Shown here in pieces: positions 1 to 8,913 of a DNA stretch of 64,000 nt. Position 1 is the first letter of the stretch. Each line of letters begins with the position of its first letter. The notes beneath the pieces were generated by a model. The model saw only the letters and a program-made list of their open reading frames with translations. It was not told where the DNA came from and made no database searches. The stretch lies in the NCBI RefSeq assembly GCF_029207735.1, contig NZ_CP104395.1:414692-478691 (forward strand), in the 5' to 3' direction. This DNA is from Candidatus Nanohalococcus occultus (GTDB lineage Archaea > Nanohalarchaeota > Nanosalinia > Nanosalinales > Nanosalinaceae). The position numbers and the translations under genes are program-made.

Positions 1-80
1 CATTTTACACATTTGTATCCTGCTGCCGGTTCCTGTTCTTCGAGTTCCTCTACTTCTTCTGTGGTTTCTTCTTCACTCAT
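1..80 (-). CDS. rpoP: RNA polymerase subunit P (RpoP/Rpb12-like), first ~26 codons only; gene continues beyond the window start
   Basis: Minus-strand ATG at 80 overlaps the L37ae stop (ATGAGTGA). Translation MSEEETTEEVEELEEQEPAAGYKCVKC begins a CxxC zinc ribbon. Position after L37ae matches the conserved exosome superoperon order. Confidence 0.4.
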   Translation of the reverse strand, partial: MSEEETTEEVEELEEQEPAAGYKCVK

Positions 81-336
81 CGTCCTCGATTGCCTCCTTG
101 GCTTCCTCGAGTTCTTCTGTCTCTACCTGAAGAGCTTTCTTCATCGTCTCTTCTGCTCCTGTATCGACTTTGTAGGCGCCGCCTGCTACTTTCTTGCCTG
201 TTTCCTTGTCTTTCCAGACTCCTGCGGCAACTCTTTCGTATCCTTCTTCTTTTGACTCTGCTTCGTCTACGTTTCGTCGGATCTTGCTTCCGTAACGGGA
301 TCCGAATCTCTTGGATGATGTGTTCTTTCTAGGCAT
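73..336 (-). CDS. rpl37ae: Ribosomal protein L37Ae; zinc-ribbon cysteines absent
   Basis: N-terminus KRFGSRYGSKIRRNVDEAESKE and the AGVW...KVAGGAYKVDTG core are L37Ae-like. No Cys anywhere in the 87 aa. Confidence 0.65.
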   Translation of the reverse strand: MPRKNTSSKRFGSRYGSKIRRNVDEAESKEEGYERVAAGVWKDKETGKKVAGGAYKVDTGAEETMKKALQVETEELEEAKEAIEDDE

Positions 337-381
337 TGGTTGAAAACCTCTGTTATAATGGAAAAAGAGGGCGGAAGGCTT

Positions 382-1173
382 TTATTCTTCCGCCGCGTTA
401 TCGAGGATTTCGCGCAGATCCTGTGTCTGGCTTTCCGCTTCCTCGATGATCTGGTTGATTTCGTCCTGGCTGAAAGGCTCGGTCTCTCCTTTCTGCATTG
501 CCACGACGTTTCCTTTCTCGTTGATTGAGACTGTCAATCGTGCGTCACGTGCGTCTTCCTCTTCGCCTGTTACATCCCAGAAGATCTCCTCTCCGATCTT
601 GTGGCCTGTAACTGTGACCGGCTCGGTATCGATAGGGATGTCTCTATCCTTCTCTCCTCTGACGAGTGTGTCCTCTTCCTCGTCGTATACAGGGATGTAA
701 CCTGTCTTGAGAGCTGCCATCGCTCCAAGGCTTGATGCGTCGATCAGGTTGCCGTCGTCGTTCAGTACGTGGACGTCGATGAAGACAGTCATAACCTTCT
801 CGCCTGGCTCGATACATAGTTCTTCCAGGTCAACGGCTTCCGACTCTCTGATTCCTCGGTCGACAACTCTTGCTAGCTCGACTCCTTCTTCCTGTGGAGG
901 TCCGGATTCGTACTCACGCGCTGCCATAGGCGCTAGCTCTGCGTTGGTTACAATCGTTCCCTCGTCAGGTCGGTCGCTGTAAGGTGATTCAACTCCGATC
1001 TTGATTCCGACAACTACCTGTGTCTTTCCGATACTTACCTTTGCTGATCCTTCAGCTGTCTCGTGGATGTAATCGGTCTCGACTTCGATCTCTCTGAACT
1101 CCTTGAGATCTCTGCCGTCAAGTCTTTCCTGGTCTTTTGCCATCTTCCGAATTGTGTCTTGGTTAAGTTTCAT
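382..1173 (-). CDS. rrp42: Exosome complex component Rrp42 (RNase PH-like, non-catalytic ring subunit)
   Basis: 263-aa RNase PH-fold protein immediately downstream of Rrp41; acidic C-terminal tail; operon context. Confidence 0.8.
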   Translation of the reverse strand: MKLNQDTIRKMAKDQERLDGRDLKEFREIEVETDYIHETAEGSAKVSIGKTQVVVGIKIGVESPYSDRPDEGTIVTNAELAPMAAREYESGPPQEEGVELARVVDRGIRESEAVDLEELCIEPGEKVMTVFIDVHVLNDDGNLIDASSLGAMAALKTGYIPVYDEEEDTLVRGEKDRDIPIDTEPVTVTGHKIGEEIFWDVTGEEEDARDARLTVSINEKGNVVAMQKGETEPFSQDEINQIIEEAESQTQDLREILDNAAEE

Positions 1174-1190
1174 TATTGGTTCACCTCCGT

Positions 1191-1943
1191 TTACTGTCTG
1201 ATTGACTCGTATGTCTCGATCAGGGTTTGTCTCTGCTGTTCGTAAAGAGATTCACAGCCTTTCTTTGCCATGGAGATACAGTCATCTACCTGCTGTTTTG
1301 TCAGGTCTCCGTCCATCTGAAGCAAGGTGATTTCGTCTCCTCCGTTGATAACTGCGATTGGAACGTCAGCGTTTCCTTTCTTGTCCTCAAGTCCGTTGAC
1401 GTCGTTGACAACTTCGCCGTCGACAACTCCGGACGCACAAGCCGATACAAGTCCCTTCATTGGGATTCCTGCGTCTGCTAGGGCAAGTGCTGCTGCGTTA
1501 ATTCCTGTAACTCTGGTTCCTCCGTCGGATTCGATAACTTCCATTGAAATGTCGATTCCTGCGGTTGGGAACTTCTCCAGTCTGATTGCCGGTTCAAGAG
1601 CGCGTTTGGCTACTAGGCCGATCTCCTTTGCTCGTCGGTTCGGTCCTGGTCGCATACGGTCGTCAACGCTGAAAGGCGCCATGTTGTACCGCATCTTGAT
1701 TACAGCACGGTCGGATTCCTGTAGGTGCTTCGGGTGAAGCTCCTGTGGTCCGAAGACAGATGCTACAACTCTTGTGTTACCTGTCTCTACCATTGCGGAT
1801 CCGTCTGCTTCGTCAAGAACTCCTACTTCCATTGTGGTCTCTCGGACCTCTGATTTTTCTCTTCCATCCATACGTGTTCCGTCTTCCTGGAAAAACTGTA
1901 CTTCTTCTTCGCTCATTAGTTTTCTACCTCGTTTTCTAGCCAT
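1191..1943 (-). CDS. rrp41: Exosome complex exonuclease Rrp41 (RNase PH catalytic subunit)
   Basis: 250 aa; RNase PH motifs (GTRVV, DGGTR, conserved PGPNRRAKEIG region); follows Rrp4 with a 28-nt overlap. Confidence 0.88.
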   Translation of the reverse strand: MARKRGRKLMSEEEVQFFQEDGTRMDGREKSEVRETTMEVGVLDEADGSAMVETGNTRVVASVFGPQELHPKHLQESDRAVIKMRYNMAPFSVDDRMRPGPNRRAKEIGLVAKRALEPAIRLEKFPTAGIDISMEVIESDGGTRVTGINAAALALADAGIPMKGLVSACASGVVDGEVVNDVNGLEDKKGNADVPIAVINGGDEITLLQMDGDLTKQQVDDCISMAKKGCESLYEQQRQTLIETYESIRQ

Positions 1944-2599
1944 TCAGCCATCTTGTCTGTCAGTCCGTCGATGTGTGCTTCACGTTCGACTTTCTTGACT
2001 GCCTTTGTGGCTAGGTTCTCGTTTTCTCCTTTGATCCATACAAGGCCGTTCTGACCGACGATGATTGTCGTATCAGTTTTCTCCTTGATCTGTCGGACCA
2101 TTGTTCCCTTGCGTCCGATTACACGTGGGACTTTGGAAGGAGCGATCTTTACGATCCGTCCGCCTGTAAGCTTCCGGCATCTTCGATCCTCCATCCCTGT
2201 ATTGACGTCGAAGCCTTCTGTGACGTTTGTGACCTCTGTTACGATCGCATCGCCGACATCAAAGTAGTCGGATAGATCGTCTTCGTCCAGGTCGATGTAT
2301 TCGTCAACTGCGACGTCGATTTTCATCATTGCTTCGTAAGGGGAGTCAATATCAACTCTCCAGTTCGAGAAACTTACACTGGAGACTTCTCCAATTACAA
2401 TGTCTCCTTCGCTTGGAATGTACCGTCCTGACATAGGTACGACGCGTACACTGCTTCCGGAGTACTCAACGGTTCCCATAAATTCTGATATGATTTTACT
2501 GTCTTCTTCGTAGACACCTGAGTGTGGATGGATATCTTCTCCTTCAAAAACCACGTCTCCGGGTGTAACTAGTTCATTTTCTTCTTTTACACGAGTCAT
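1916..2599 (-). CDS. rrp4: Exosome RNA-binding subunit Rrp4 (S1 + KH domains)
   Basis: 227 aa; N-terminal beta region, S1-like GDIVIGEV...W.VDI, and KH motif VIGRKGTMVRQIKEKT. Confidence 0.82.
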   Translation of the reverse strand: MTRVKEENELVTPGDVVFEGEDIHPHSGVYEEDSKIISEFMGTVEYSGSSVRVVPMSGRYIPSEGDIVIGEVSSVSFSNWRVDIDSPYEAMMKIDVAVDEYIDLDEDDLSDYFDVGDAIVTEVTNVTEGFDVNTGMEDRRCRKLTGGRIVKIAPSKVPRVIGRKGTMVRQIKEKTDTTIIVGQNGLVWIKGENENLATKAVKKVEREAHIDGLTDKMAEWLENEVEN

Positions 2600-2705
2600 A
2601 AATTATTCTAACCTCAGTTAAGCGTTCCTTCCTTCAAAGAAGTATCTGCTTTATAATAAAGTTCGTTAGACGAAATTTTTTAAATCCGTCTCAGTTAAGC
2701 CGGTT

Positions 2706-3104
2706 CTAAATGTACTGTTCTGCCGGCACTTCCTTCAAAGCTAACTCATTCGTTCCTTTCAGCATCTCAACGATGTCTCTGTAAACCTCCAAGCCGCCGG
2801 TCTTGTGCTTGAAAGGCACTCCTAAGACCTCGGCTGTCTCTGCCATTGAATCATCCGTACTGTAAAGTACGGTATGAGTTCTTGAATCCCTCGATCTTAT
2901 CTCGCCGATAAGCTCCTCGCCATCCATCTCTGGCATCCTGTAGTCGGTGACCAAAACATCGTACTCACGTTCCTCCATTAACTCAAGAGCATCGCAGCCC
3001 GACCCACACGTCCGGTAGTCCAGTCCCTCCTTCTCGAAGACGATCTCCGCCAGATCCCTAAGCTCATCGTTATCATCTACCAGAAGGATATTCTTGCTCA
3101 TCAA
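2706..3104 (-). CDS. Stand-alone response-regulator receiver (CheY-like REC) protein
   Basis: ILLVDDNDELRDL..., VLVTDYRMPEMDGEEL and later K (HKTGG) are the canonical REC Asp/Asp/Lys positions; 132 aa. Confidence 0.7.
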   Translation of the reverse strand: MMSKNILLVDDNDELRDLAEIVFEKEGLDYRTCGSGCDALELMEEREYDVLVTDYRMPEMDGEELIGEIRSRDSRTHTVLYSTDDSMAETAEVLGVPFKHKTGGLEVYRDIVEMLKGTNELALKEVPAEQYI

Positions 3105-3202
3105 AACTATTCTGGTTCATCATGATTATACCGCTTTCCCTTATAGTATAGTAAACATCTCTGGACTTTTCGGAATAAAAGACTCGAAACAAAAGAGGTT
3201 TC

Positions 3203-3842
3203 ATGCTGGAAGAATCCCGACGAAGTAAGCTTGAATCAAGACTAAAAGAAGTCTTCTCCGACTATAGAGAGCTAGCCGGCGGTAAAAACTACCGTTACCA
3301 CCATCTCAGATCATCCAGAAAGTACGCGGTGAAGCTGATTGAAACTGTTGACGAGGAGGTCGATGAAAAAGCAGTTGAGATCGCAGCGCTTTTCCACGAC
3401 ATCGGACGCAGCGAAGACATCAAAGACGGTTATTTAGACCCAATAAAGGCTCATGAAGGTCACGCCGAAACAGGAGAACGGATTGTAGAAGAACATATTG
3501 GCGATCTAGTTGGCGGAAAAACCCCTGGAAAAAGTAAAGCAAGCGATCGGAAACCATCACTCGGAGCCAGAATCAATCGAAGACAGAATTGTCCAAGACT
3601 CTGATCTACTCTTCAAATTTGGCGTTCAAAGCCTCTGGCGGAAAATCCATTACTCGAGTGAAAAAGAAGAAACCTTGCCCGAAGCACTAGAGTATCTTAA
3701 CGGAACCGAGTTCGAGAGGATGGAAGGATGGATCGATGAACTACACTTTGAAAGATCCAAGGAGGTCGCAGAGAAAAGACTTGGTGATCTGAAAGAAGCA
3801 GTTGAAAAGATCGAAGTAGAGATGGAAGGAGAAGATATCTAG
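3203..3842 (+). pseudogene. HD-domain phosphohydrolase split by a +1 frameshift into ORFs 3203-3604 and 3510-3842
   Basis: First ORF carries H...HD (ALFHDIGR). Second ORF, from a TTG in the next frame, carries the downstream HD-domain residues (AIGNHHSE, QDSDLL). Frames switch around the A5 runs at 3516-3535. Confidence 0.5.
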
Positions 3843-4525
3843 ACTTCCTTCATCTCGGCTTCTCCCTTAGCAATTTCCTGGATCTCATCCATCAGCTCGG
3901 TTAAGGCTCCGGCCGCGATCGTCACGCGGGCTGTAAAGTATTTATCGCCCCACTGTTCGTCACCAACGTCGGCTGCTCTCTGAATCTTATCGTATGCCTT
4001 CCCAGCCTTGTCCACAGGTATCCGGATCGCAACGGTTTTCTCATCCAGCGATACAGGTATTATCGGCCGGACGGACTCGATTGCGCGGTCGAACTGCTCT
4101 TCAATGTCCTCGAAGGGATCGGCGTGGAAACCTGCTTCCTCCAACGCGTTTTCAACTCGCTGCGGTGGATGCGGGTTACCGGTCTTCGGGTTCTGTGCGC
4201 GGCGAGCTATCATGTTAACTATCTGTTTGCGGTTGTCTTCGCGCATCTCGGCTTTTTGATCGGTGGTCAGCTGCATCTCTCCTTTCTCGAAGATTGTCTT
4301 CGCTGCTTCCATCAGCTGTTTGGTTCCGAACTCCTCGTCTAAATCTTCTGTTGAGGCTCGCTCTCCTTTCTCCGCGTCCAGAAACACTTCCTGTACGAAT
4401 AGAAGTCTCTGGATGTCATGTTCCTTTCCATCGAGCTTTACCTCCTTGGCAAGCTCCGGTTCCACAAGTATCTCGAAAGGTTTGTCGCCTTTGTACCTAA
4501 CCCTTATCGCATCGGAAGTGTCCAT
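3839..4525 (-). CDS. sdo1: Ribosome maturation protein SBDS/Sdo1 homologue
   Basis: 228 aa; N-terminal FEILVEPELA signature of the SBDS family; sits between psmA and the exosome genes as in the archaeal superoperon. Confidence 0.75.
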   Translation of the reverse strand: MDTSDAIRVRYKGDKPFEILVEPELAKEVKLDGKEHDIQRLLFVQEVFLDAEKGERASTEDLDEEFGTKQLMEAAKTIFEKGEMQLTTDQKAEMREDNRKQIVNMIARRAQNPKTGNPHPPQRVENALEEAGFHADPFEDIEEQFDRAIESVRPIIPVSLDEKTVAIRIPVDKAGKAYDKIQRAADVGDEQWGDKYFTARVTIAAGALTELMDEIQEIAKGEAEMKEV

Positions 4526-4617
4526 AAATAAACTAAGCTGTCAAGAAGTTAACAACGTTATCCCTGCCAAACCGGGGCGAAAAAACAAAAGGGGAAAAAG
4601 GGGAAATGTGGTTGGCT

Positions 4618-5328
4618 TTAGAAGCCTAGTCCGCGTTCTTCAAGCTCTTCAGGCGGGATGACATCGAAGTCATCTTCCATTGAGACGATCGCTAGCTCGA
4701 TGTTTTTCGGATCGAGATCTTCCTCTCCTTCATGAAGAGAGTTTACAGCTAGCTTGATAGCCGCGTCCTCATCCATTCCTGACTCCCAGTTTTCCTCAAG
4801 ATGCTCTGTGGCTTCGCTTCCGCCTTTTCCGATCGCGACAGCTTTCCACTGGTTGAGCGTTCCTGAAGGATCTGTCTGGTAAACCTTTGCGTCACCGTCT
4901 TTGACTCCTCCTGCGATGGTGGAGACTCCGAAAGGACGTACTCCGCCGTACTGTGTGAAGTGCTGGCATCTGTCCGCGACGAACTTCGATAGAACGTTCA
5001 TCGGGATAGGCTCATCGTATGTCATCAAGTATCTTTGAGCTTCCTGTCTTGTTTCATCAACAAGGCTGCGTCCGTCCGCAACAAGTCCTGAAGTTGCGAT
5101 TCCGATGTGGTCGTCGACCTTGAAAACTTTCTCTGGATTTCTTACACGAAGGTGCTGAGTCGAACGGGTTGCTGCGAGGATTACTCCTTCCTCGTAGACA
5201 AGTCCGAGCGCTGTTGCTCCTTTCTTAACTGCTTCTTTCGCGTATTCGACCTGGAACAATCTTCCATCAGGAGAGAAGATAGTAGCTCCACGGTCATACT
5301 GTTGCTGTTGTGGGTTGGTCATCTGCAT
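4618..5328 (-). CDS. psmA: Proteasome subunit alpha
   Basis: MQMTNPQQQQYDRGATIFSPDGRLFQVEYAKEAVKKG is the alpha-subunit N-terminal signature; 236 aa. Confidence 0.9.
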   Translation of the reverse strand: MQMTNPQQQQYDRGATIFSPDGRLFQVEYAKEAVKKGATALGLVYEEGVILAATRSTQHLRVRNPEKVFKVDDHIGIATSGLVADGRSLVDETRQEAQRYLMTYDEPIPMNVLSKFVADRCQHFTQYGGVRPFGVSTIAGGVKDGDAKVYQTDPSGTLNQWKAVAIGKGGSEATEHLEENWESGMDEDAAIKLAVNSLHEGEEDLDPKNIELAIVSMEDDFDVIPPEELEERGLGF

Positions 5329-5581
5329 CTACAGTTTTTCACCTAGAAACATGTGTTATTTGAAAATGGAAGACTTAAAAGACTGAACCGAAGGAATTGA
5401 AAGCCTTTTTTAGCTTCACCTCTCTAACCGTTCAACAAGGCGATGAAAGCCGGACACCGGTCGAGCCTCAAAACAGAGAACTGCGTTCAGCTTGTCTGAA
5501 CGCTCTCTGAAGATCAAACTCTGGAAGCTCAGAGAGCTTCTAGTCGCAGAAAATCTCTGATTTTCGAGTCCAGAAGTTTGT

Positions 5582-5691
5582 GGTCCACTAGCTCAGGGGT
5601 CAGAGCGCCGTCCTTATACGGACGTAACACCACAGAGAGTGTTTCGCCTTTAGTTAGGCGGTGGTCCCGGGTTCGAACCCCGGGTGGACCA
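5582..5691 (+). tRNA. tRNA-Ile with apparent anticodon UAU, intron-containing (about 37 nt)
   Basis: Acceptor GGTCCAC/GTGGACC; D arm GCTC-AGGGGTCA-GAGC; anticodon arm CCGTC-CTTATA(C) with U33 and A37; T arm CCGGG-TTCGAAC-CCCGG; discriminator A; no encoded CCA. About 37 extra nt, either at 37/38 or in the variable region. Both parses give anticodon TAT. Confidence 0.55.
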
Positions 5692-6558
5692 TTACATCTC
5701 TCTAAGCCGTTTAATCCTCTCTTCTATCGGTGGATGTGTTGACATCAGAGACTTTCCGGAGCCAAACGGATTCGAAAAGTACAGATGGGAGACTGCTTTG
5801 TTGACTTCCATCTTCGAGTGCTGGTTCGATATTTTCTCCAAGGCATCTGCGAGTCCGTCCGGGTACCGGGTCATTTTTGCTCCTGAGGCATCGGCCAGGT
5901 ACTCTCTTTTACGTGACATCGCGAGTTGAACCATCCGGGCTGATATCGGCGCCAGGATTGCGAGGGCTATACCGACTCCGATCGCCCATGGCGGGGCCTC
6001 ATCGTCTCCACCGAAGAACATGCTGTGTAACAGTATTTCGCTCAAGATGCTGATCATTCCTATCAAGGCGACCGCTACCGTCATGAAAAGTATGTCGTGG
6101 TTCTTGATATGTGCGAGTTCGTGGGCTAGTACGCCTTCCAGCTCGTCTTTTTCCAGTTTTTCCAGTGCGCCTTTTGTTACACAAACTTTCCCGTCCTCCG
6201 GTTTACGGCCGGTGGCAAACGCGTTGATCTCCTTTTTCTCCTGTACGTAAAGTTCAGGCATCGGAGTTCCCGAGGAAATCGATAAGCCCTCCATCAAATC
6301 GTATAGCTGCTTGTACTTTTCTTCATCGGCTTTCTGGGCGCCGACAACCCTCAGTATCATCTCATCGCTTCTAAAGTACGAGTAAAGTACGTAGAGAACT
6401 GATATTCCTGATCCTGCTGCCAGTATAAGGAAGGGGCTGGCTCGTGGAACGAAAATCCTGCCTGATACGAATATCAATGCGAGCAGTATCAAAGGAACGA
6501 AAAACAGTAGGAGGTATGATTTCCTCCGGTTCCAAGTGATCTGATCTTCCAGCATCAT
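5692..6558 (-). CDS. htpX: HtpX-like M48 zinc metalloprotease
   Basis: HELAHIKNHD (HExxH) within a membrane protein with N-terminal TM helices; 288 aa. Confidence 0.8.
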   Translation of the reverse strand: MMLEDQITWNRRKSYLLLFFVPLILLALIFVSGRIFVPRASPFLILAAGSGISVLYVLYSYFRSDEMILRVVGAQKADEEKYKQLYDLMEGLSISSGTPMPELYVQEKKEINAFATGRKPEDGKVCVTKGALEKLEKDELEGVLAHELAHIKNHDILFMTVAVALIGMISILSEILLHSMFFGGDDEAPPWAIGVGIALAILAPISARMVQLAMSRKREYLADASGAKMTRYPDGLADALEKISNQHSKMEVNKAVSHLYFSNPFGSGKSLMSTHPPIEERIKRLREM

Positions 6559-6561
6559 GGT

Positions 6562-7131
6562 TTATTCGCCGAAGCTGACGTCGGGAAGTTCTTTGTCCGC
6601 TGTATCGATCTGAAGCTGATCTTTCTCAGTTTTACCCATCAGGTTTGCGAAAACAACCGCAGGGAAGGTCTCAATACTGTTGTTGAACTCTAAGATCGCA
6701 TCGTTGTAGTGCTGGCGTGCGTAGGCAACCTTGCCTTCGATCGAGGAAAGTTCTTGCTGTAGCTCCTTGAAGTTCTCGGAAGCTTTCAGGTCCGGATACT
6801 CTTCAGCTACCGCAAAGATGGATTTCATCGCTTCCGTCATCTGGTTGCCGGCTTTAGCTTCCTCTTCTGGACTCTGTGCGTTGACCAGTTTCTCTCGGCT
6901 TTCCGAGACTTTCTCCATTACCTCTCTTTCGTGATCCATGTATCCTTCAACGGTCTCAACCAGGTTCGGTACCAGATCCGCTCTCTTCTTGAGCTGGACG
7001 TCTATCTGCGCCCAGGCGTTATCAACACGGTTTTCAAGCTTCACAATTCTGTTATAGTAGTATACTGTTGTGAGAAGGCCTAGTCCGGCTAAAGCTGCCA
7101 GTCCTCCGATTGCGTAAGTTAAAACTGCCAT
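6562..7131 (-). CDS. LemA family membrane protein
   Basis: N-terminal TM then YNRIVKLENRVDNAWAQIDVQLKRR, typical of LemA; classic HtpX-LemA pairing. Confidence 0.8.
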   Translation of the reverse strand: MAVLTYAIGGLAALAGLGLLTTVYYYNRIVKLENRVDNAWAQIDVQLKKRADLVPNLVETVEGYMDHEREVMEKVSESREKLVNAQSPEEEAKAGNQMTEAMKSIFAVAEEYPDLKASENFKELQQELSSIEGKVAYARQHYNDAILEFNNSIETFPAVVFANLMGKTEKDQLQIDTADKELPDVSFGE

Positions 7132-7185
7132 AAGTTATCAAACGGCTGCTAGATTTAAAACAGCTCCAGTGTAAAGACGGGGTTT

Positions 7186-8301
7186 TCAAGATGTTTTTGA
7201 GATGATCTTTTCAGCGGCTTTATCGAATCTTTTTTCGAGCTCCTTGGCTTTGGCTTTTCGTTCTTTACGTTCTAAGAATTCTTTCCAGTGTGGAAATCCT
7301 GAAAATAAAAAACAGGTTGCGTCAAATCTGTAGGCTGCTCTTATCTTTCGGAACTCACTTCCTTTCTTGAATTCTCTGACGGATGAGTAGCCTTCATATA
7401 GGCTGTAACGTAGGCCTTGTCTTTTTTGTTTTGAAAGATAGTTCAGGTCGTAGTCTATACTGAGATACTCTGTCAGAACAAGATCTAGTAAGTCATGTCC
7501 TGAGTTTAGATATCCCCAGTCTATTATGGCCTCGATATTTCCCTTTTTATCGATAAGGACGTTATCGAGGCGGTTGTCCTGTCTTAAAAGAACAGATTGA
7601 GGGCTGTCAGGAAGATAGTTCAGAGACTGGTCTAGAGCCTTCTTCCCTTTTTCACATAATTCTTTATCTGCCCATTTCTCGCCTTCGCTGATACGCCATC
7701 CGTTCCTATCTCCGAACCTCTGTTTCCAGCTTCCTGTGCCGTGTTCTACGTGTAAACTGTTATCTTCGAACTTGACTTCTCCGTAATACGAAAAATGTAT
7801 CTGCTCATGTAGTAAGCCGAGATATGTTCCATACTCGTAGAAAAACCGTTTGCGCTGCTGTTGATTCGGATGCCTCCTTATATCCCCTGCGTTCTCAGAG
7901 TCTATCTTTTCCAACACGAAAAACGGCGGGTTCGAAGAAAGATGTCTGTACGTCACTTCGGGGACGGGAAATCCCTGTAGCCTCCCTAGTTTTTCGTAGA
8001 CAAGGGCTTCTGCCTTGAAGCGTTGCTTATCTCCGCTGTCTTTAAGGAACTTAAACACATAGACTCCGCTATTGGTCATAACTTCGTAGAGCGTGTTGAT
8101 ACCCGGCTCTATGGTCTTAATTTCTCTGATATCTTCATCTGAAAGAGTTTTCTCAATTTTCTTCCGTAGATCGTCAGACACATAGGAACTTCTATGCGTT
8201 GGGTAAAAAAAGATACGCTCTATAGAAGACTGTATGAACAGGGAGCTGATCAGAACATATATCAACCATTTCCTTCCACGTGATGTGGTTGGACCGGTCA
8301 T
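7186..8301 (-). CDS. Phosphotransferase-family (APH/choline-kinase-like) protein kinase fold
   Basis: LLRQDNRLDNVLIDKKGNIEAIIDWGY resembles the APH catalytic loop (H/R-x-D-xxxxN) and the IDW metal-binding motif. N-terminal start uncertain. Confidence 0.5.
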   Translation of the reverse strand: MTGPTTSRGRKWLIYVLISSLFIQSSIERIFFYPTHRSSYVSDDLRKKIEKTLSDEDIREIKTIEPGINTLYEVMTNSGVYVFKFLKDSGDKQRFKAEALVYEKLGRLQGFPVPEVTYRHLSSNPPFFVLEKIDSENAGDIRRHPNQQQRKRFFYEYGTYLGLLHEQIHFSYYGEVKFEDNSLHVEHGTGSWKQRFGDRNGWRISEGEKWADKELCEKGKKALDQSLNYLPDSPQSVLLRQDNRLDNVLIDKKGNIEAIIDWGYLNSGHDLLDLVLTEYLSIDYDLNYLSKQKRQGLRYSLYEGYSSVREFKKGSEFRKIRAAYRFDATCFLFSGFPHWKEFLERKERKAKAKELEKRFDKAAEKIISKTS

Positions 8302-8499
8302 AATCGTTTTCTCACTTGAAGGTGTGATCAGCGGTCTCTTCGAGCTTTACGTTCCACAGGAGTATGCGACCCTTTCATGGCTTGGAATATTCTTTGCCTC
8401 CGTATGGCTTGTCGCCAAATGGGGTACTACTGGCGAGGCCGAAGAAAAACTTGAGAGAAAGATCGAACATATCTCCGAGTAAACACGGGTATCAAATAG

Positions 8500-8877
8500 G
8501 TGTGCCTACAATTTCATGGTATGTCGGAGTATCAGGAGATTAAACAGGATGTTGTCAGATCCAAGGACATGAACGAGCGAAGCTTCCAGGTTCTGACCAA
8601 AAACTTCTATGTTTTCAGAGCAGCCATCAGATACTTCGCTGTACGCCAGGGGCTTTCTTTCACGTCTTCTAAGATCTCCGATCGTTTCCCTATCACGGCT
8701 TCATCGGCAGGCTCCGGTCTAAACGTTTTAGAGGAGCTTGAAGTCGTCGAGTCCCGGACATCGAGTTCGAAAAGCCGTTACATGCCTAAAGACGTTGACA
8801 TCGAGCGTTTGAAACTTATCGAGGAAGTTCTTCAGGATAGCTTTGAGATAGAAAGTTTCTGGAAGCAGGAAAACTAG
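8500..8877 (+). CDS. Hypothetical protein
   Basis: 125-aa ORF in a clear intergenic slot; no recognisable motif. Confidence 0.3.
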   Translation: MCLQFHGMSEYQEIKQDVVRSKDMNERSFQVLTKNFYVFRAAIRYFAVRQGLSFTSSKISDRFPITASSAGSGLNVLEELEVVESRTSSSKSRYMPKDVDIERLKLIEEVLQDSFEIESFWKQEN

Positions 8878-8913
8878 AGAAAAACAATAAATCAGTTCTT
8901 TTAGAATAAGCAG

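Noticed and set aside
13-336. Plus-strand ORFs 13-255 and 90-332
   Set aside because: Antisense to the L37ae and rpoP genes, low-complexity Ser/Leu-rich translations, and no start context. Likely spurious.
5340-5580. Box C/D sRNA in the psmA / tRNA-Ile intergenic region
   Set aside because: GCGATGA and CTGA motifs are present, but the spacing and the missing C' and D' boxes do not fit a canonical about 55-nt C/D sRNA.
8234-8482. 82-aa plus-strand ORF overlapping the 5' end of the kinase gene
   Set aside because: Ambiguous. It overlaps the N-terminal extension of the minus-strand kinase ORF, whose true start is unclear. Not enough evidence to call either way.
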